The notes beneath the pieces were generated by a model. It did no database searches, had not been told where the DNA came from, and saw only the letters and a list, made by a program, of their open reading frames with translations. From a virus (taxonomy: Duplodnaviria; Caudoviricetes), in IMG/VR virus record IMGVR_UViG_3300048836_001050, positions 1-53,905 of that record: a stretch of 53,905 bases of DNA; one strand, 5' to 3'. Shown in pieces: positions 29,702-38,478 of this stretch. The translations under genes were made by a program, and so were the position numbers. Numbering within the stretch: position 1 is the stretch's first letter; every line of letters begins with the position of its first letter.

Positions 29702-30304
29702 TTATGCCTCGTCGCTTTCCCGGCGCCGGTGGCAGTCGCCGATCCAGCCCAGCACTTCGCCGCCCGGCCCAAACATGCGCTTGCCGGAAATCCGCACCGG
29801 AGCGCCATTCACGAAACGGTAATGAAACTCGAAATCGCGCTTGTCGGCAACCGCGCTTTTCCACGCCGCCGAAAGTTCTTCGCGGTCATCGGGATGCACC
29901 AGGGTTTTCCAGCCCAGGCCCATGAATTCGCCCGGCGCGGCACCCGCCAGGCGAGCCATCGCCGGATTGACGTAGGTGCATAGCCCGTTGGCATCGGTTT
30001 CCCAGATACCGACCGCGTCCAGGTTATACATTGCGAGTTGGCGCTGCCCGATGAGGCCGATATTACGATTGGCGACATTGACCTTCTGCTCGATGCGGTT
30101 GGCTGCGTCGCGCAGGCTGCCGCCGCCGTTGGGGCGCAGTTCCCGCTCGATGAAGAACAGCGCCTCGCGCAATTTTTTGATGCCCTCGAGCGTCGGCTTG
30201 CCGATGAACTTCCAGATCACCGCGCAGGCCGTCAGCACGCCCGCCGCCTGTCCGAGAAAAACAGTGAGCGTCTGCCAGCTTTGGGCATCGAGGTGCAAGT
30301 CCAT
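29702..30304 (-). CDS. membrane-anchored PAS domain protein
   Basis: N-terminal TM, ELRPNGGGSLRD, then PAS signature IWETDANGLCTYVNPA...GLGWKTLVHPDDRE...FEFHYRF. Confidence 0.85.
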   Translation of the reverse strand: MDLHLDAQSWQTLTVFLGQAAGVLTACAVIWKFIGKPTLEGIKKLREALFFIERELRPNGGGSLRDAANRIEQKVNVANRNIGLIGQRQLAMYNLDAVGIWETDANGLCTYVNPAMARLAGAAPGEFMGLGWKTLVHPDDREELSAAWKSAVADKRDFEFHYRFVNGAPVRISGKRMFGPGGEVLGWIGDCHRRRESDEA

Positions 30305-30392
30305 AAACGTAGTTTTTGAGAAAACGTAAAAGTTGAAAATCAACGCCGAAAGAAGGAGTACTCCCGGCGCTGATTTTTGCTCCTTGCCGAAA

Positions 30393-30791
30393 TTACGCGC
30401 TCGCTTCCGGCGCATCGCCTTCGGGCACGTCGCCTTCCGGCGTCGCTTCACCGGTTTCGCCGGATTCGGTTTCGCCGCTTTCGGCGGGTAATGTTTCGAC
30501 AGTGCCGCTCATCGAAGCGCTGATGGCTTTCAGTTCCGCGATTTCGTCGGTCAAGTCAATCTGCGGCGTGTTGGCGTTCTTTTCTTCCAGCGCCGCGATC
30601 GTCGCATCAGTGCGCGTTTTGAATCCTTCAAACGCGGTTTTCACTTCGCTAATCGCCTGCTGTAACTGCTGTTCCTGTTCGTTCATCTTTTTCTCCAAAT
30701 ACTGAAATTTTTTGCTATGTGAATAGCCCACGATGGCGTTCAAAATCACGCCGCCGCTGACTAACAAAAGCCCTGCTTCAAGTGGCGTCAT
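30393..30791 (-). CDS. membrane-anchored coiled-coil protein (lysis region)
   Basis: N-terminal TM, coiled coil, acidic tail. Confidence 0.6.
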   Translation of the reverse strand: MTPLEAGLLLVSGGVILNAIVGYSHSKKFQYLEKKMNEQEQQLQQAISEVKTAFEGFKTRTDATIAALEEKNANTPQIDLTDEIAELKAISASMSGTVETLPAESGETESGETGEATPEGDVPEGDAPEASA

Positions 30792-31126
30792 TCGTCCACT
30801 CGCTCATAGGTCGCTTCGAACGCATCCGGCTTGCAGGGATAATACTGCTCGCCGTTTTGCTCGGTGATAATCCAATCGCCTGGACAGACCATGTGGCCAC
30901 CCTGCACATCATCAATCCATCCGTGCTCGTGAAAAGTGTGGTTGCACTGATTGCAAATTTCCCTGCCGCTAAAATCAGGAAGTCGAAAGTAGCGCACAAC
31001 TGCACCTTCGGTGCGTTCGCCCGCAACTATTTTGCTCGCAGGCGGCAAATTATCTTCGGGATGATCGCCGTTCTTAAACCACTGTGTCGCTTCCACGATG
31101 ATCGGCTTCTTTCTAAATTTCGCCAC
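30788..31126 (-). CDS. conserved phage protein (PGDWII/PGDYG-like)
   Basis: KFRKKPIIVEA...VCPGDWII...YPCKPDAFEATYE. Confidence 0.8.
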   Translation of the reverse strand: MAKFRKKPIIVEATQWFKNGDHPEDNLPPASKIVAGERTEGAVVRYFRLPDFSGREICNQCNHTFHEHGWIDDVQGGHMVCPGDWIITEQNGEQYYPCKPDAFEATYERVDE

Positions 31127-31305
31127 TTTTCAAACTCCCCTTGCGCGATGATAACGCTGCGCTGCCGTCAAGCGATGCGTGCGATGCTGGCGTTTGCCCG
31201 TGCCGTAAAACGCGCGCGGATTGCCGCCCAAACCTTGCGGCTTTTTCAAACTCAATCCAGCTATCAAAGGCGGCATCAATGCCCACGGTTTTCTCTTTGT
31301 CATAA

Positions 31306-32151
31306 TTATTGAATCACCACCTTCCCGAATCCATCATCGAACGCTTTCAGTCCGTTGTGCGCGGCCAGTTTCGTCACCGGCAGCCACGCGCGCCCTTCGA
31401 TGATCTTCGGTTGCGCGGCGACTTCGCGCCCGGTGATCACCACGCTTTGCGCTTCCCGGTTCCAGCCCAATGCAGGCACGCCGTTTTTCTCCTGCCAGGC
31501 GCCGCCGATCCAGTGCGCCCACTTCCAGGCCGGTAGCCAGGCGCGGCCTTCGATGAGCGGCACGGTCGCGATTTGCTTCCCGCCCAGCAAGAGCGGCCAC
31601 ATCTGGGCGCCTTCAAGCGGCGCGGGAACCGCCACAGGCGAAACCTCGGCGCCTTTGGCCGTCGCGCCCTGCGGTAACAACGCCGCCCAGTTCACATACA
31701 GATAGCGAGAGGAGTTTTTGCGAAAGCGCGCATACACGCCGTTGCCGTTGCGTGATCCGCCCGTGTTGGTATTGCCCTCCACGGTTTTCACGCCCTGCGC
31801 GGCGATGTCGGTGACGAGAAAAATATGCGTCGCGTCGTATTTCGAGGCCATCACCAGGCCGCACGCGCCCACTGCGGGAGTACTCCCGATAATCTTTTTG
31901 CGCCGCGCCCAGTTCAAAATCTCGTCACACGACGCGCTGCGGTACCAGACCTGATCGCACAGCGTTTTGCCCAGAACCGTGAGCAGGTTCCACGCCTGGA
32001 AACTCGCGCACCATGGATAGCCCAGTCCGGGCAAGAGATCGGCGCGCTGATACTCGTCCACGCGCCGCCCGCGATTGGTATTGCCGATCTCGCGCACGCC
32101 GACTTCGCCGAGCGCGTTCTGAATGACCGCCTGCACGATGTTCGCACTCAT
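31306..32151 (-). CDS. endolysin: CHAP amidase plus C-terminal copper-amine-oxidase-N-like (stalk) domain
   Basis: PWCASF, HIFLV, TVEGNT; two IEGRAWLP repeats. Confidence 0.85.
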   Translation of the reverse strand: MSANIVQAVIQNALGEVGVREIGNTNRGRRVDEYQRADLLPGLGYPWCASFQAWNLLTVLGKTLCDQVWYRSASCDEILNWARRKKIIGSTPAVGACGLVMASKYDATHIFLVTDIAAQGVKTVEGNTNTGGSRNGNGVYARFRKNSSRYLYVNWAALLPQGATAKGAEVSPVAVPAPLEGAQMWPLLLGGKQIATVPLIEGRAWLPAWKWAHWIGGAWQEKNGVPALGWNREAQSVVITGREVAAQPKIIEGRAWLPVTKLAAHNGLKAFDDGFGKVVIQ

Positions 32152-32903
32152 ACTCCACCGCCTTTGAAGGCGTCGCCTTGCGTCATGCCTTGCGGCGGCA
32201 AAATCGTCGCGAAAAGCTGCTGCGCTTCATCGCTCTCGGTGATGTCTTCGCCCGTTTCGGGGAAAGGTTCGAGCGGCGGCGGCGCGGGAGGAATGAGATT
32301 TGTCTGGGGCGATGCGACCGGCGCGCTCACAATCTGCGTTGCCGCTTTAGGCACCGCGTCCGGTTTGGTATCGAGCAGAATTTTCAGGGCGTCCACCGCT
32401 GAAATCACCGATTGCGCTTTGTCAATCTGCTTGTTGATTTTCTGCGCCGCCGTCGGCGTTTTGGAAGTTGCTTTTTCGAGCTTGTCGGGCAAGCCGGTAT
32501 CACGCCAGAAGTTGGTAAAGAGAATTTTCGTTGCGCTCAAAATCACCGTCGCGTTGATTAAAAACCACGAGCCAAAGTTGGCGAGTTGCTCGCCAAAACC
32601 ACCGCCGCTAATGAAACGAAAGGAGTATTCCTGATTCAAAAGCGTCGCCAAAAGCGCCACGCCAAAGCAAATCACGCCACTGACGATGCGCTTGGTGGTT
32701 TGCGGCCAGTGGTGCTGCAAAATGAACGGAATCACCACGACCGGAAGGAGCCAACTTGTGATGAGGTTGAGCAACATTTCCGGCGCGCCGAGCGGCATCG
32801 AGGCGGCAGTACTCCCGGCCTCTTGCGCCCACGCTGCGCCGCATGACAAAAACAGCACGAATAGCGCCCACAACATCAACTTCAAATTGGTTTTCATGCT
32901 CAT
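32148..32903 (-). CDS. putative holin
   Basis: Several hydrophobic segments, ATGA-coupled to the endolysin. Confidence 0.65.
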   Translation of the reverse strand: MSMKTNLKLMLWALFVLFLSCGAAWAQEAGSTAASMPLGAPEMLLNLITSWLLPVVVIPFILQHHWPQTTKRIVSGVICFGVALLATLLNQEYSFRFISGGGFGEQLANFGSWFLINATVILSATKILFTNFWRDTGLPDKLEKATSKTPTAAQKINKQIDKAQSVISAVDALKILLDTKPDAVPKAATQIVSAPVASPQTNLIPPAPPPLEPFPETGEDITESDEAQQLFATILPPQGMTQGDAFKGGGV

Positions 32904-33169
32904 CGCTCCCAAGCGTTCACCGCTCCGTCAGATAGCTGTATTGATAATCCGCCCACGCCTCGAACGGCGTGTCGCCAAAGCCGACAACAGCACTGCCGTT
33001 CCTGCGGCCTTCCACGCGCCACAGGGCGCTGTCATGGCACAACCGCGCGCGATGCGTCCAGGCCACGAAGCGATAATACGCCGCGCTCCCAAACTCGGCG
33101 ATGCGTTCTGCGCAACTGTGCCTGTGTTCGTTTTTCATCGCTCGCTCCATCGCTTTAAAATCCCGCTCA

Positions 33170-33207
33170 CTCGACCACTCCACAACGCCTCGACCACTCC
33201 ACAACGC
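33170..33207. repeat. 19-bp tandem duplication
   Basis: CTCGACCACTCCACAACGC x2. Confidence 0.85.
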
Positions 33208-33284
33208 GCAGTAGCCCCCACACCAGCGTCGATAGCAAAGCGATGAGTACTCCCAGTAGCTCGCGCATGACAACAGGGTAAATC

Positions 33285-33363
33285 AAAAGGTGCGGGAATT
33301 TCATCCCGCACCTTTTCGGACAGACAAAAAGCCACCGCAGAATTAAATCTGTGGTGGCTTTTC
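33285..33363. terminator. two tandem bidirectional terminator-like hairpins
   Basis: AAAAGGTGCGGGA..TCCCGCACCTTTT (33285-33316) and AAAAAGCCACCGCAGA..TCTGTGGTGGCTTTT (33326-33362). Confidence 0.75.
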
Positions 33364-33395
33364 TTGATCCCGTAGGGCGTCGGTTGCAGCGATTT

Positions 33396-33490
33396 GTTCA
33401 ACACTTAGCTCACCCGCGCCCCGCCACGAAGCCTAACAGTTACCCGAAAAGCCGCGCGGCGGGGTGTCGGTGTGCAGCGCCTTGTTAGCC
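33396..33490 (-). mobile_element. integron attC-like site
   Basis: Minus strand GGCTAAC-AAGGC-GCTGCAC...GTGAGC-TAAGT-GTTGAAC with imperfect stem; the upstream gene's TAA lies in GGCTAAC. Confidence 0.75.
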
Positions 33491-33703
33491 CGCAGTTTCA
33501 AGAGTTGCGCGCCCCTTTTCTGTGACGAAGTAACTGCCCGTGCGATACGAATCCGCCAAGCCGCGCCGTTGCAACGCCCGCGCCGCGCTCAACCATTTCG
33601 CCATGCCGTAACCCGCAACCTGACGGCCACACTGGTCTGCGCCCAGCCACTTCAACAACTTTTGCTGATGTTTCGACAATTCCTCAAATTTGATTTCATC
33701 CAT
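33485..33703 (-). CDS. cassette gene, small winged-helix-like protein
   Basis: ALQRRGLA...YFVTEKGRATL; flanked by attC-like sites. Confidence 0.65.
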   Translation of the reverse strand: MDEIKFEELSKHQQKLLKWLGADQCGRQVAGYGMAKWLSAARALQRRGLADSYRTGSYFVTEKGRATLETAG

Positions 33704-33731
33704 TTTGGTTCCCACCAAGCCGCGCGCAGCG

Positions 33732-33829
33732 GCCTAACGCCGAACTCACCCGCCGAAACAGCGCCCGGATTGTTCCGCCTGCTGTAAAGTATCTGCGCTG
33801 TTTCGGTCGGGTGCAGTGGTTTGTTAAGC
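33732..33829 (-). mobile_element. integron attC-like site
   Basis: Minus strand GCTTAAC-AAACC-ACTGCACCCGACCGAAACAGCGC...GCGCTGTTTCGGCGGGTGAGT-TCGGC-GTTAGGC; the upstream gene's TAA lies in GCTTAAC. Confidence 0.82.
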
Positions 33830-34039
33830 CGCTGTTAATCGGTTTTGGGCGTGATATTTCTCCAACCACACCCACTCGTTTCTGATTTCGATGAGCCGCT
33901 CTGTGATGTCAAGGGGTAAACGGAACTCGTCACCCATTGCCGTTTCCGGCAGCGCATCATTACATTTCAAGACCAAGTTGATGGCTGTGTCCAGCGCGTC
34001 AATCGCCTTGATTTCCTCCCGTGTCAATTCATCTTCCAT
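33824..34039 (-). CDS. cassette gene, small hypothetical protein
   Basis: AGGAG SD, MEDELTREE...; flanked by attC-like sites. Confidence 0.7.
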   Translation of the reverse strand: MEDELTREEIKAIDALDTAINLVLKCNDALPETAMGDEFRLPLDITERLIEIRNEWVWLEKYHAQNRLTAA

Positions 34040-34077
34040 TCGATTCTCCTTTGCGCCCAACCAAGCCGCGCGCTGCG

Positions 34078-34140
34078 GCTTAACAATGTGTTATACCGCA
34101 AAATATGGCAGTTTTGCGGTATAACACCGCTATGTCGGAA
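34078..34140. repeat. perfect 16-bp inverted repeat next to a GTTAAGC core (atypical att-like site)
   Basis: GTGTTATACCGCAAAA (34088-34103), 8 nt, TTTTGCGGTATAACAC (34112-34127); GCTTAAC at 34078-34084. Confidence 0.8.
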
Positions 34141-34141
34141 A

Positions 34142-34414
34142 TTACCGCAAATGTTCCAGAATCCCGGCCTGAAATATTTTCAGCGGGGTCACATCGGGTG
34201 GCAGCAATTCCGCCAGCGCGAACATTTCGTCGCTTTCGCGCTGGTCGAGTTTCAAGTATCGCACATACGCCGTCAGCACAGAAACCGGCGGGCGCAGGCG
34301 GTCATTTTCATATTTTGACAACGTGCTGTTGTCGTAGCGCGTCCGCCGCGCCATCTCACGCAGGCCGATATTTTTTGCTTTGCGTTTTTCGCGCAGATAT
34401 TGTCCCAGTGTCAT
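34142..34414 (-). CDS. XRE-family helix-turn-helix protein
   Basis: LGQYLREKRKAKNIGLREMARRTRYDNSTLSKYEND. Confidence 0.85.
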   Translation of the reverse strand: MTLGQYLREKRKAKNIGLREMARRTRYDNSTLSKYENDRLRPPVSVLTAYVRYLKLDQRESDEMFALAELLPPDVTPLKIFQAGILEHLR

Positions 34415-34424
34415 GTCGCGTTCC

Positions 34425-35192
34425 TCAAAAACTCACTTTGAAAAATCCCAACTGCCCACGCAGTGGCCTAAAAGCCAGCGGCTGCGCGTCTTCGATCACG
34501 AAGCCATACGGTCCGAAAAACCAATCCGATTCCGAATCGTCCACGCAATCCACGATTCGCGCTCGACCGACGATGCCGCCCAACTCGAACTCGTTTTTGT
34601 TCGGTATCTGCAAGCGAACGCTCGGCTCGCACCATTCCTGCAACGAGCGGTAGCCGTCGGCGTCAAAACTTTTTCCGGCATGGATGAAAAACTCACCGCG
34701 AAAGCGCGTCGGCCAGGTGCGATTTTCGACATCCTTGAATCCGTTGGCTATGAGCCAAGCCCACGGCTGGCGGATACTGAGCACCACGCCGGAATGCGCG
34801 GTGGCGACCTTCGGCCATTCTAACTCCTGCGTTTCCACCCCGCGCTCGTGGAATAATTCCGCACAAACGCGCCGGTGACAATGGGAGTACTCCCGGCAGC
34901 CGCACAACAAAATCACGTTGTGCGTTTCCAGCAGCTTGAAAACTTTCAGCAATCCGCGTGGTGCATCGGCTAATTTAATTGCGCCGCCTTTGTAATGGAG
35001 ATTGCCCCATTCCGGCAGCGGGCAATAACGCGCTGCGCCCAGCACGCGAAACAAATTATCTTCGTTCCACTCAAACATTCGAGAGCGGCGCATATGGCGA
35101 ATATCCAAAACCAGTGCATCAATTTTCTCAGCGGCTTGCTTCAGTTGTTCGGGCGTGTGCCCGGAATATCCACAGGTGTAGATGTTGTTCAT
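34425..35192 (-). CDS. DUF488-like domain fused to an ASCH domain
   Basis: IYTCGYSG...LDIR...LLCGC...CHRR, then LSIRQPWAWLIANGFKDVENRTW...IHAGK...RGQLGFF. Confidence 0.8.
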   Translation of the reverse strand: MNNIYTCGYSGHTPEQLKQAAEKIDALVLDIRHMRRSRMFEWNEDNLFRVLGAARYCPLPEWGNLHYKGGAIKLADAPRGLLKVFKLLETHNVILLCGCREYSHCHRRVCAELFHERGVETQELEWPKVATAHSGVVLSIRQPWAWLIANGFKDVENRTWPTRFRGEFFIHAGKSFDADGYRSLQEWCEPSVRLQIPNKNEFELGGIVGRARIVDCVDDSESDWFFGPYGFVIEDAQPLAFRPLRGQLGFFKVSF

Positions 35193-35226
35193 GGCTTCAC
35201 AATGCTCCCGTCTCCTAATATGGGCA

Positions 35227-36594
35227 TTACTGCAACACCGCCTTGCAAAGCGCTGTCGCCGTCAGCTTCTCAACGGCATTGCCTGCCATTTTGGTTTTGT
35301 CTTTCTTGGTGGTTTTGTCGGGAAACTTGTAGCCGTCCAAACCCATCGCCGCCATGAGTTCATGCGGCTGGAACATCCGCAGCCGAATGTCCATGAGTGC
35401 ATACACAATTCCGTCGCGCTCAAAGATCGCAATCGGTTCCGGCTGGCACAACCCGAAACGATCTCTGGTTGTCAGAGTTGGCACGGGTGCATCGCACGAC
35501 ACCACGTCCGACTGTCCGTTGTATTGAACAAGAAAGGGTTCGATCAAAGCCAGCTCGCCGCGTTGCGCGCCGGTGATCGTTGGTAACGGCTTGTTCACGT
35601 CATGCGCCCGGCTCTCGCCACCACCATGAGTGACGGGAATGATGAACGGCTCGCAGAGCGCCAAATGCCCACCGCCCGCGCAAAGCGTTGGAAGCGGCTC
35701 GCCGGTTGAACGCGCGTTGCCGTTGTTGCGCAGCACCACGACGAAAGGTTCGACTAAGGAAATCGCGCCGGCGCATGAAATCGTAGGAATGGGTTGCCCG
35801 ACATCACGCGGCGCGCTGCATGACTGTTGACCTAAGACAAACTCCACGCCGCCGAATTTTTTCAAACCCGCTTCGATGCGCTTCAGGGTTTTGGGAGCGA
35901 GTGGCTTCTTGCGTCCGAAAATAGATTGGCTGGGATACGACCAATCAATGATCTCGCGCGCTGCGCGATAGGGCTGTTGCTCAATCAGATTCGGCGTGGC
36001 GCTATGAGTACGCGCCGGCCACAGTGGACGCCGGCGCCGCGAGGCTTGGATGAACAATCTTTCACGCGCGGTCGCCGCGCCAAACCATGCGCTGTTGAGT
36101 ACTTTGTGATCCACGCGATAGCCCAACGCATCTAAGCAGCCGAGCCAGGCGCGGAACAATTCCCCTTTTCGATGCTTGATCGGCTTGCCTTTTTTGTCCA
36201 GCGGCCCCCAGTCTTGAAACTCTTTGACGTTCTCCACGATGATATTTTCAATGCGAAGCGCCTCCGCCCATCTGATGACGTGCCATGCTGAAGCGCGGCT
36301 TTGATCCGACATCGGCTTGCCGCCGCGCGCTCGGCTGTGGTGCGTGCATTCGGGCGAAGCCAGCAGGATGTTGAGGCGGCGTGATTTCACAACGTGGCGT
36401 GGATCAACGTTGTCGAGGTTCTCGCACAAATGAGAAACGCTCGGATAATTAAGTTGATGCGTAGCGATGGCGGACGGCCAATGATTGATTGCCAGCAGGT
36501 CGGGCGTGAGTTGCAGCTCATGGCACGCTTGCAACAGCCCCGACGAAAAACCGCCGGCCCCGCAAAACAAATCGCTTGCTTGCAGAGTACTCAC
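35227..36594 (-). CDS. DNA (cytosine-5) methyltransferase
   Basis: DLFCGAGG, SPEC, ENV, RERLF, GNAV; GTG start overlapping the upstream TGA. Confidence 0.92.
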   Translation of the reverse strand: MSTLQASDLFCGAGGFSSGLLQACHELQLTPDLLAINHWPSAIATHQLNYPSVSHLCENLDNVDPRHVVKSRRLNILLASPECTHHSRARGGKPMSDQSRASAWHVIRWAEALRIENIIVENVKEFQDWGPLDKKGKPIKHRKGELFRAWLGCLDALGYRVDHKVLNSAWFGAATARERLFIQASRRRRPLWPARTHSATPNLIEQQPYRAAREIIDWSYPSQSIFGRKKPLAPKTLKRIEAGLKKFGGVEFVLGQQSCSAPRDVGQPIPTISCAGAISLVEPFVVVLRNNGNARSTGEPLPTLCAGGGHLALCEPFIIPVTHGGGESRAHDVNKPLPTITGAQRGELALIEPFLVQYNGQSDVVSCDAPVPTLTTRDRFGLCQPEPIAIFERDGIVYALMDIRLRMFQPHELMAAMGLDGYKFPDKTTKKDKTKMAGNAVEKLTATALCKAVLQ

Positions 36595-36971
36595 GCCGCC
36601 ACCTCCGTTTCTCCAAAACCTGCTGCGCGCAAGCCGCGCATTGCCTCGCGCCACGCCTTAACTTCTTCGACCGCCAGATCGAAATACGGCTCGTCCTCAA
36701 CGCCGCAGCGCGAAAGCCATTCATCTACACTCGACAGCGTGCCGATGCAATCTTTTACCATCTCGCGGTAGTGCCCGATTTCCAGGCGGAGCTTTTCTAT
36801 CGTTGCCCCGTCCGCTCGCTCCGCTTCCTTCTGTCCCGCCGCCTGCGCTACATCCAGCAGCGCCGCCAACTCGGTTTCAAACAAAGGCCGCGAGCCGGTT
36901 TGATCGCGGCCCGGCCCCCAGTTGCGTGCGAATTGCTCGCGCTTGATTTCTAATAGTTCGTGATTGTTCAT
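36591..36971 (-). CDS. hypothetical protein
   Basis: 126 aa, translationally coupled on both sides. Confidence 0.65.
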   Translation of the reverse strand: MNNHELLEIKREQFARNWGPGRDQTGSRPLFETELAALLDVAQAAGQKEAERADGATIEKLRLEIGHYREMVKDCIGTLSSVDEWLSRCGVEDEPYFDLAVEEVKAWREAMRGLRAAGFGETEVAA

Positions 36972-37711
36972 TTGCTCCTCCTGCTTTTACTGCTCTGGCT
37001 GCGCCGCTCGAACGCGGCGCGCTCCTCATCGCTCATCGCCGCGATGCGCCGCTCTCGCTTTTGGTTTTGCAGTTCCCGGTGCCGCGCGACTTTACGCGGC
37101 GCTCGCGCAAAGTAGGCAGGCGTGAGACTCTTGGCATATTTGCGAATCTCCAACCACGAACGCGCCGGGCCAAGCTCCGCCACCCGCGCCACAATCTCCT
37201 CGCGGATTTGCTGCGCGCGTGCCGTCTTCGCGCCAAAGCCGCGCTTAGGCCAGAACGAGGAATTGATGCATGACGCGATGTAGGCGCGCTGCGGATGCGG
37301 CCACTGCCGCCCGTGCTTGACGGCTGCCGCCTCCTTGAACACACCCATGCGGTTGCAGAGTGCGCGCAGCGTCCCGGCATCGCGTCCCGTCAGGGCAACC
37401 AATCGCGCTACGTTCGCGCGTGGATAATGCACGCGCAGGAAAACGCGCTCGACGCCGGTTATGCCTTTCACGAAATCGCCCGTCGCGCGAGGATTTCCCT
37501 TGCGAGCATCCCGCGCGCGATATGGACGCGGATCGGCGTGCGGACACGGCGCGAGTTGCATCGGCCAATTGCGCTTGAGCCGGCGGCAGAAAATCGGCAC
37601 TGCATCGTAGGATTGCTCCATCGCCGCTTTGGAGTGCGGGAGCAACTTGCAGTGACGGCAACGCAGGCAGTTGATGGCCTGACCGGGCGCGATAGTTTGT
37701 TTTTCGTTCAT
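36968..37711 (-). CDS. basic hypothetical protein with Cys cluster
   Basis: MNEKQTIAPG...CLRCRHC; ATGA overlap at 37708-37711. Confidence 0.55.
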   Translation of the reverse strand: MNEKQTIAPGQAINCLRCRHCKLLPHSKAAMEQSYDAVPIFCRRLKRNWPMQLAPCPHADPRPYRARDARKGNPRATGDFVKGITGVERVFLRVHYPRANVARLVALTGRDAGTLRALCNRMGVFKEAAAVKHGRQWPHPQRAYIASCINSSFWPKRGFGAKTARAQQIREEIVARVAELGPARSWLEIRKYAKSLTPAYFARAPRKVARHRELQNQKRERRIAAMSDEERAAFERRSQSSKSRRSK

Positions 37712-38478
37712 GCGGCCACTTCCGTATTGCCATATTCGCCGTAATCGAAATCTTCTTCGAGCGCGCGAGTACTTTCCGCACCCAGCATCTCGCGTCCCAG
37801 CGGCCCGACTTCGCCGCGCAGGGGCGCGTCCATCGTGTCGCGGATCGGCCAGTGAAACGCGCATCGCCCCGCCGCGCACACCCAGTGGGTTTCAAACGTA
37901 TCGAACACGGCGGGAATCGCATAGCCCGCGCTGTCGTCGCATTCGCAGCACACGGCCAGCAAACCGCGCCCCCAGCGCCGGCGGTTCCATTGCGCCGCGC
38001 GGTAGCCCGGCCCGTCGCGCAGCTCGCCGCTCTGGGCTTTGGCCTGCCACTGTGAATCCTGCCGGCGGCGTTCTGCGTCCTGGCGCCGCGCGAACTCTTG
38101 CGCCTGCCCGGCACGCCAGGCGTCCAGAAACTCGCCCGCACTTTTGAAGCCGCAGCGCAGCCCCTCGCGGCGGAGTGCGTCTAAACCAGATGTCGGCACT
38201 TCGAGCAGTACTTCGTCCCAGTCCTCAATGGCGTCGAAAAGCTGCGCGTCCGACAACTGCGAAATCGCCGCGACATTACGCGTGCCCTGAATCATGCGCG
38301 CCAGCAGCGCCTCACGGTCATGCGCCTCACGGTCATGCGCCTCACGGTCATGCGCCTCACGGTCATGGTTTTCTTCGTGGTGTTGTTCTGCGTGGTTTTC
38401 TGCAAAATTACTTGCGTCCATAGGCGCGCTGCTGTGCGGCGCGGGCGCGTAGAATTCGCTCGTTACGCGTTCGTTCAA
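37708..38478 (-). CDS. hypothetical replication-region protein (possible helicase loader/inhibitor) with HDREA repeats
   Basis: Follows the initiator; C-terminal CCEC...WVCAAGRC. Confidence 0.55.
   Translation of the reverse strand: MNERVTSEFYAPAPHSSAPMDASNFAENHAEQHHEENHDREAHDREAHDREAHDREALLARMIQGTRNVAAISQLSDAQLFDAIEDWDEVLLEVPTSGLDALRREGLRCGFKSAGEFLDAWRAGQAQEFARRQDAERRRQDSQWQAKAQSGELRDGPGYRAAQWNRRRWGRGLLAVCCECDDSAGYAIPAVFDTFETHWVCAAGRCAFHWPIRDTMDAPLRGEVGPLGREMLGAESTRALEEDFDYGEYGNTEVAA
38307..38366. repeat. 15-bp coding tandem repeat x4
   Basis: GCGCCTCACGGTCAT x4, encoding (HDREA)4 on minus. Confidence 0.95.

Noticed and set aside
32917-33273. 118-aa ORF upstream of the holin
   Set aside because: Its 5' half crosses a tandem repeat and probable regulatory DNA; a shorter gene from about 33138 is possible but unsupported.
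35227-36594. Phage C5 methyltransferase as the cause of the GAGTACTC palindrome
   Set aside because: Specificity cannot be read from the sequence, and such orphan methylases are common in phages without iterated palindromes.
38307-38366. 15-bp x4 repeat as a CRISPR or regulatory array
   Set aside because: No spacers; it is an in-frame coding repeat.
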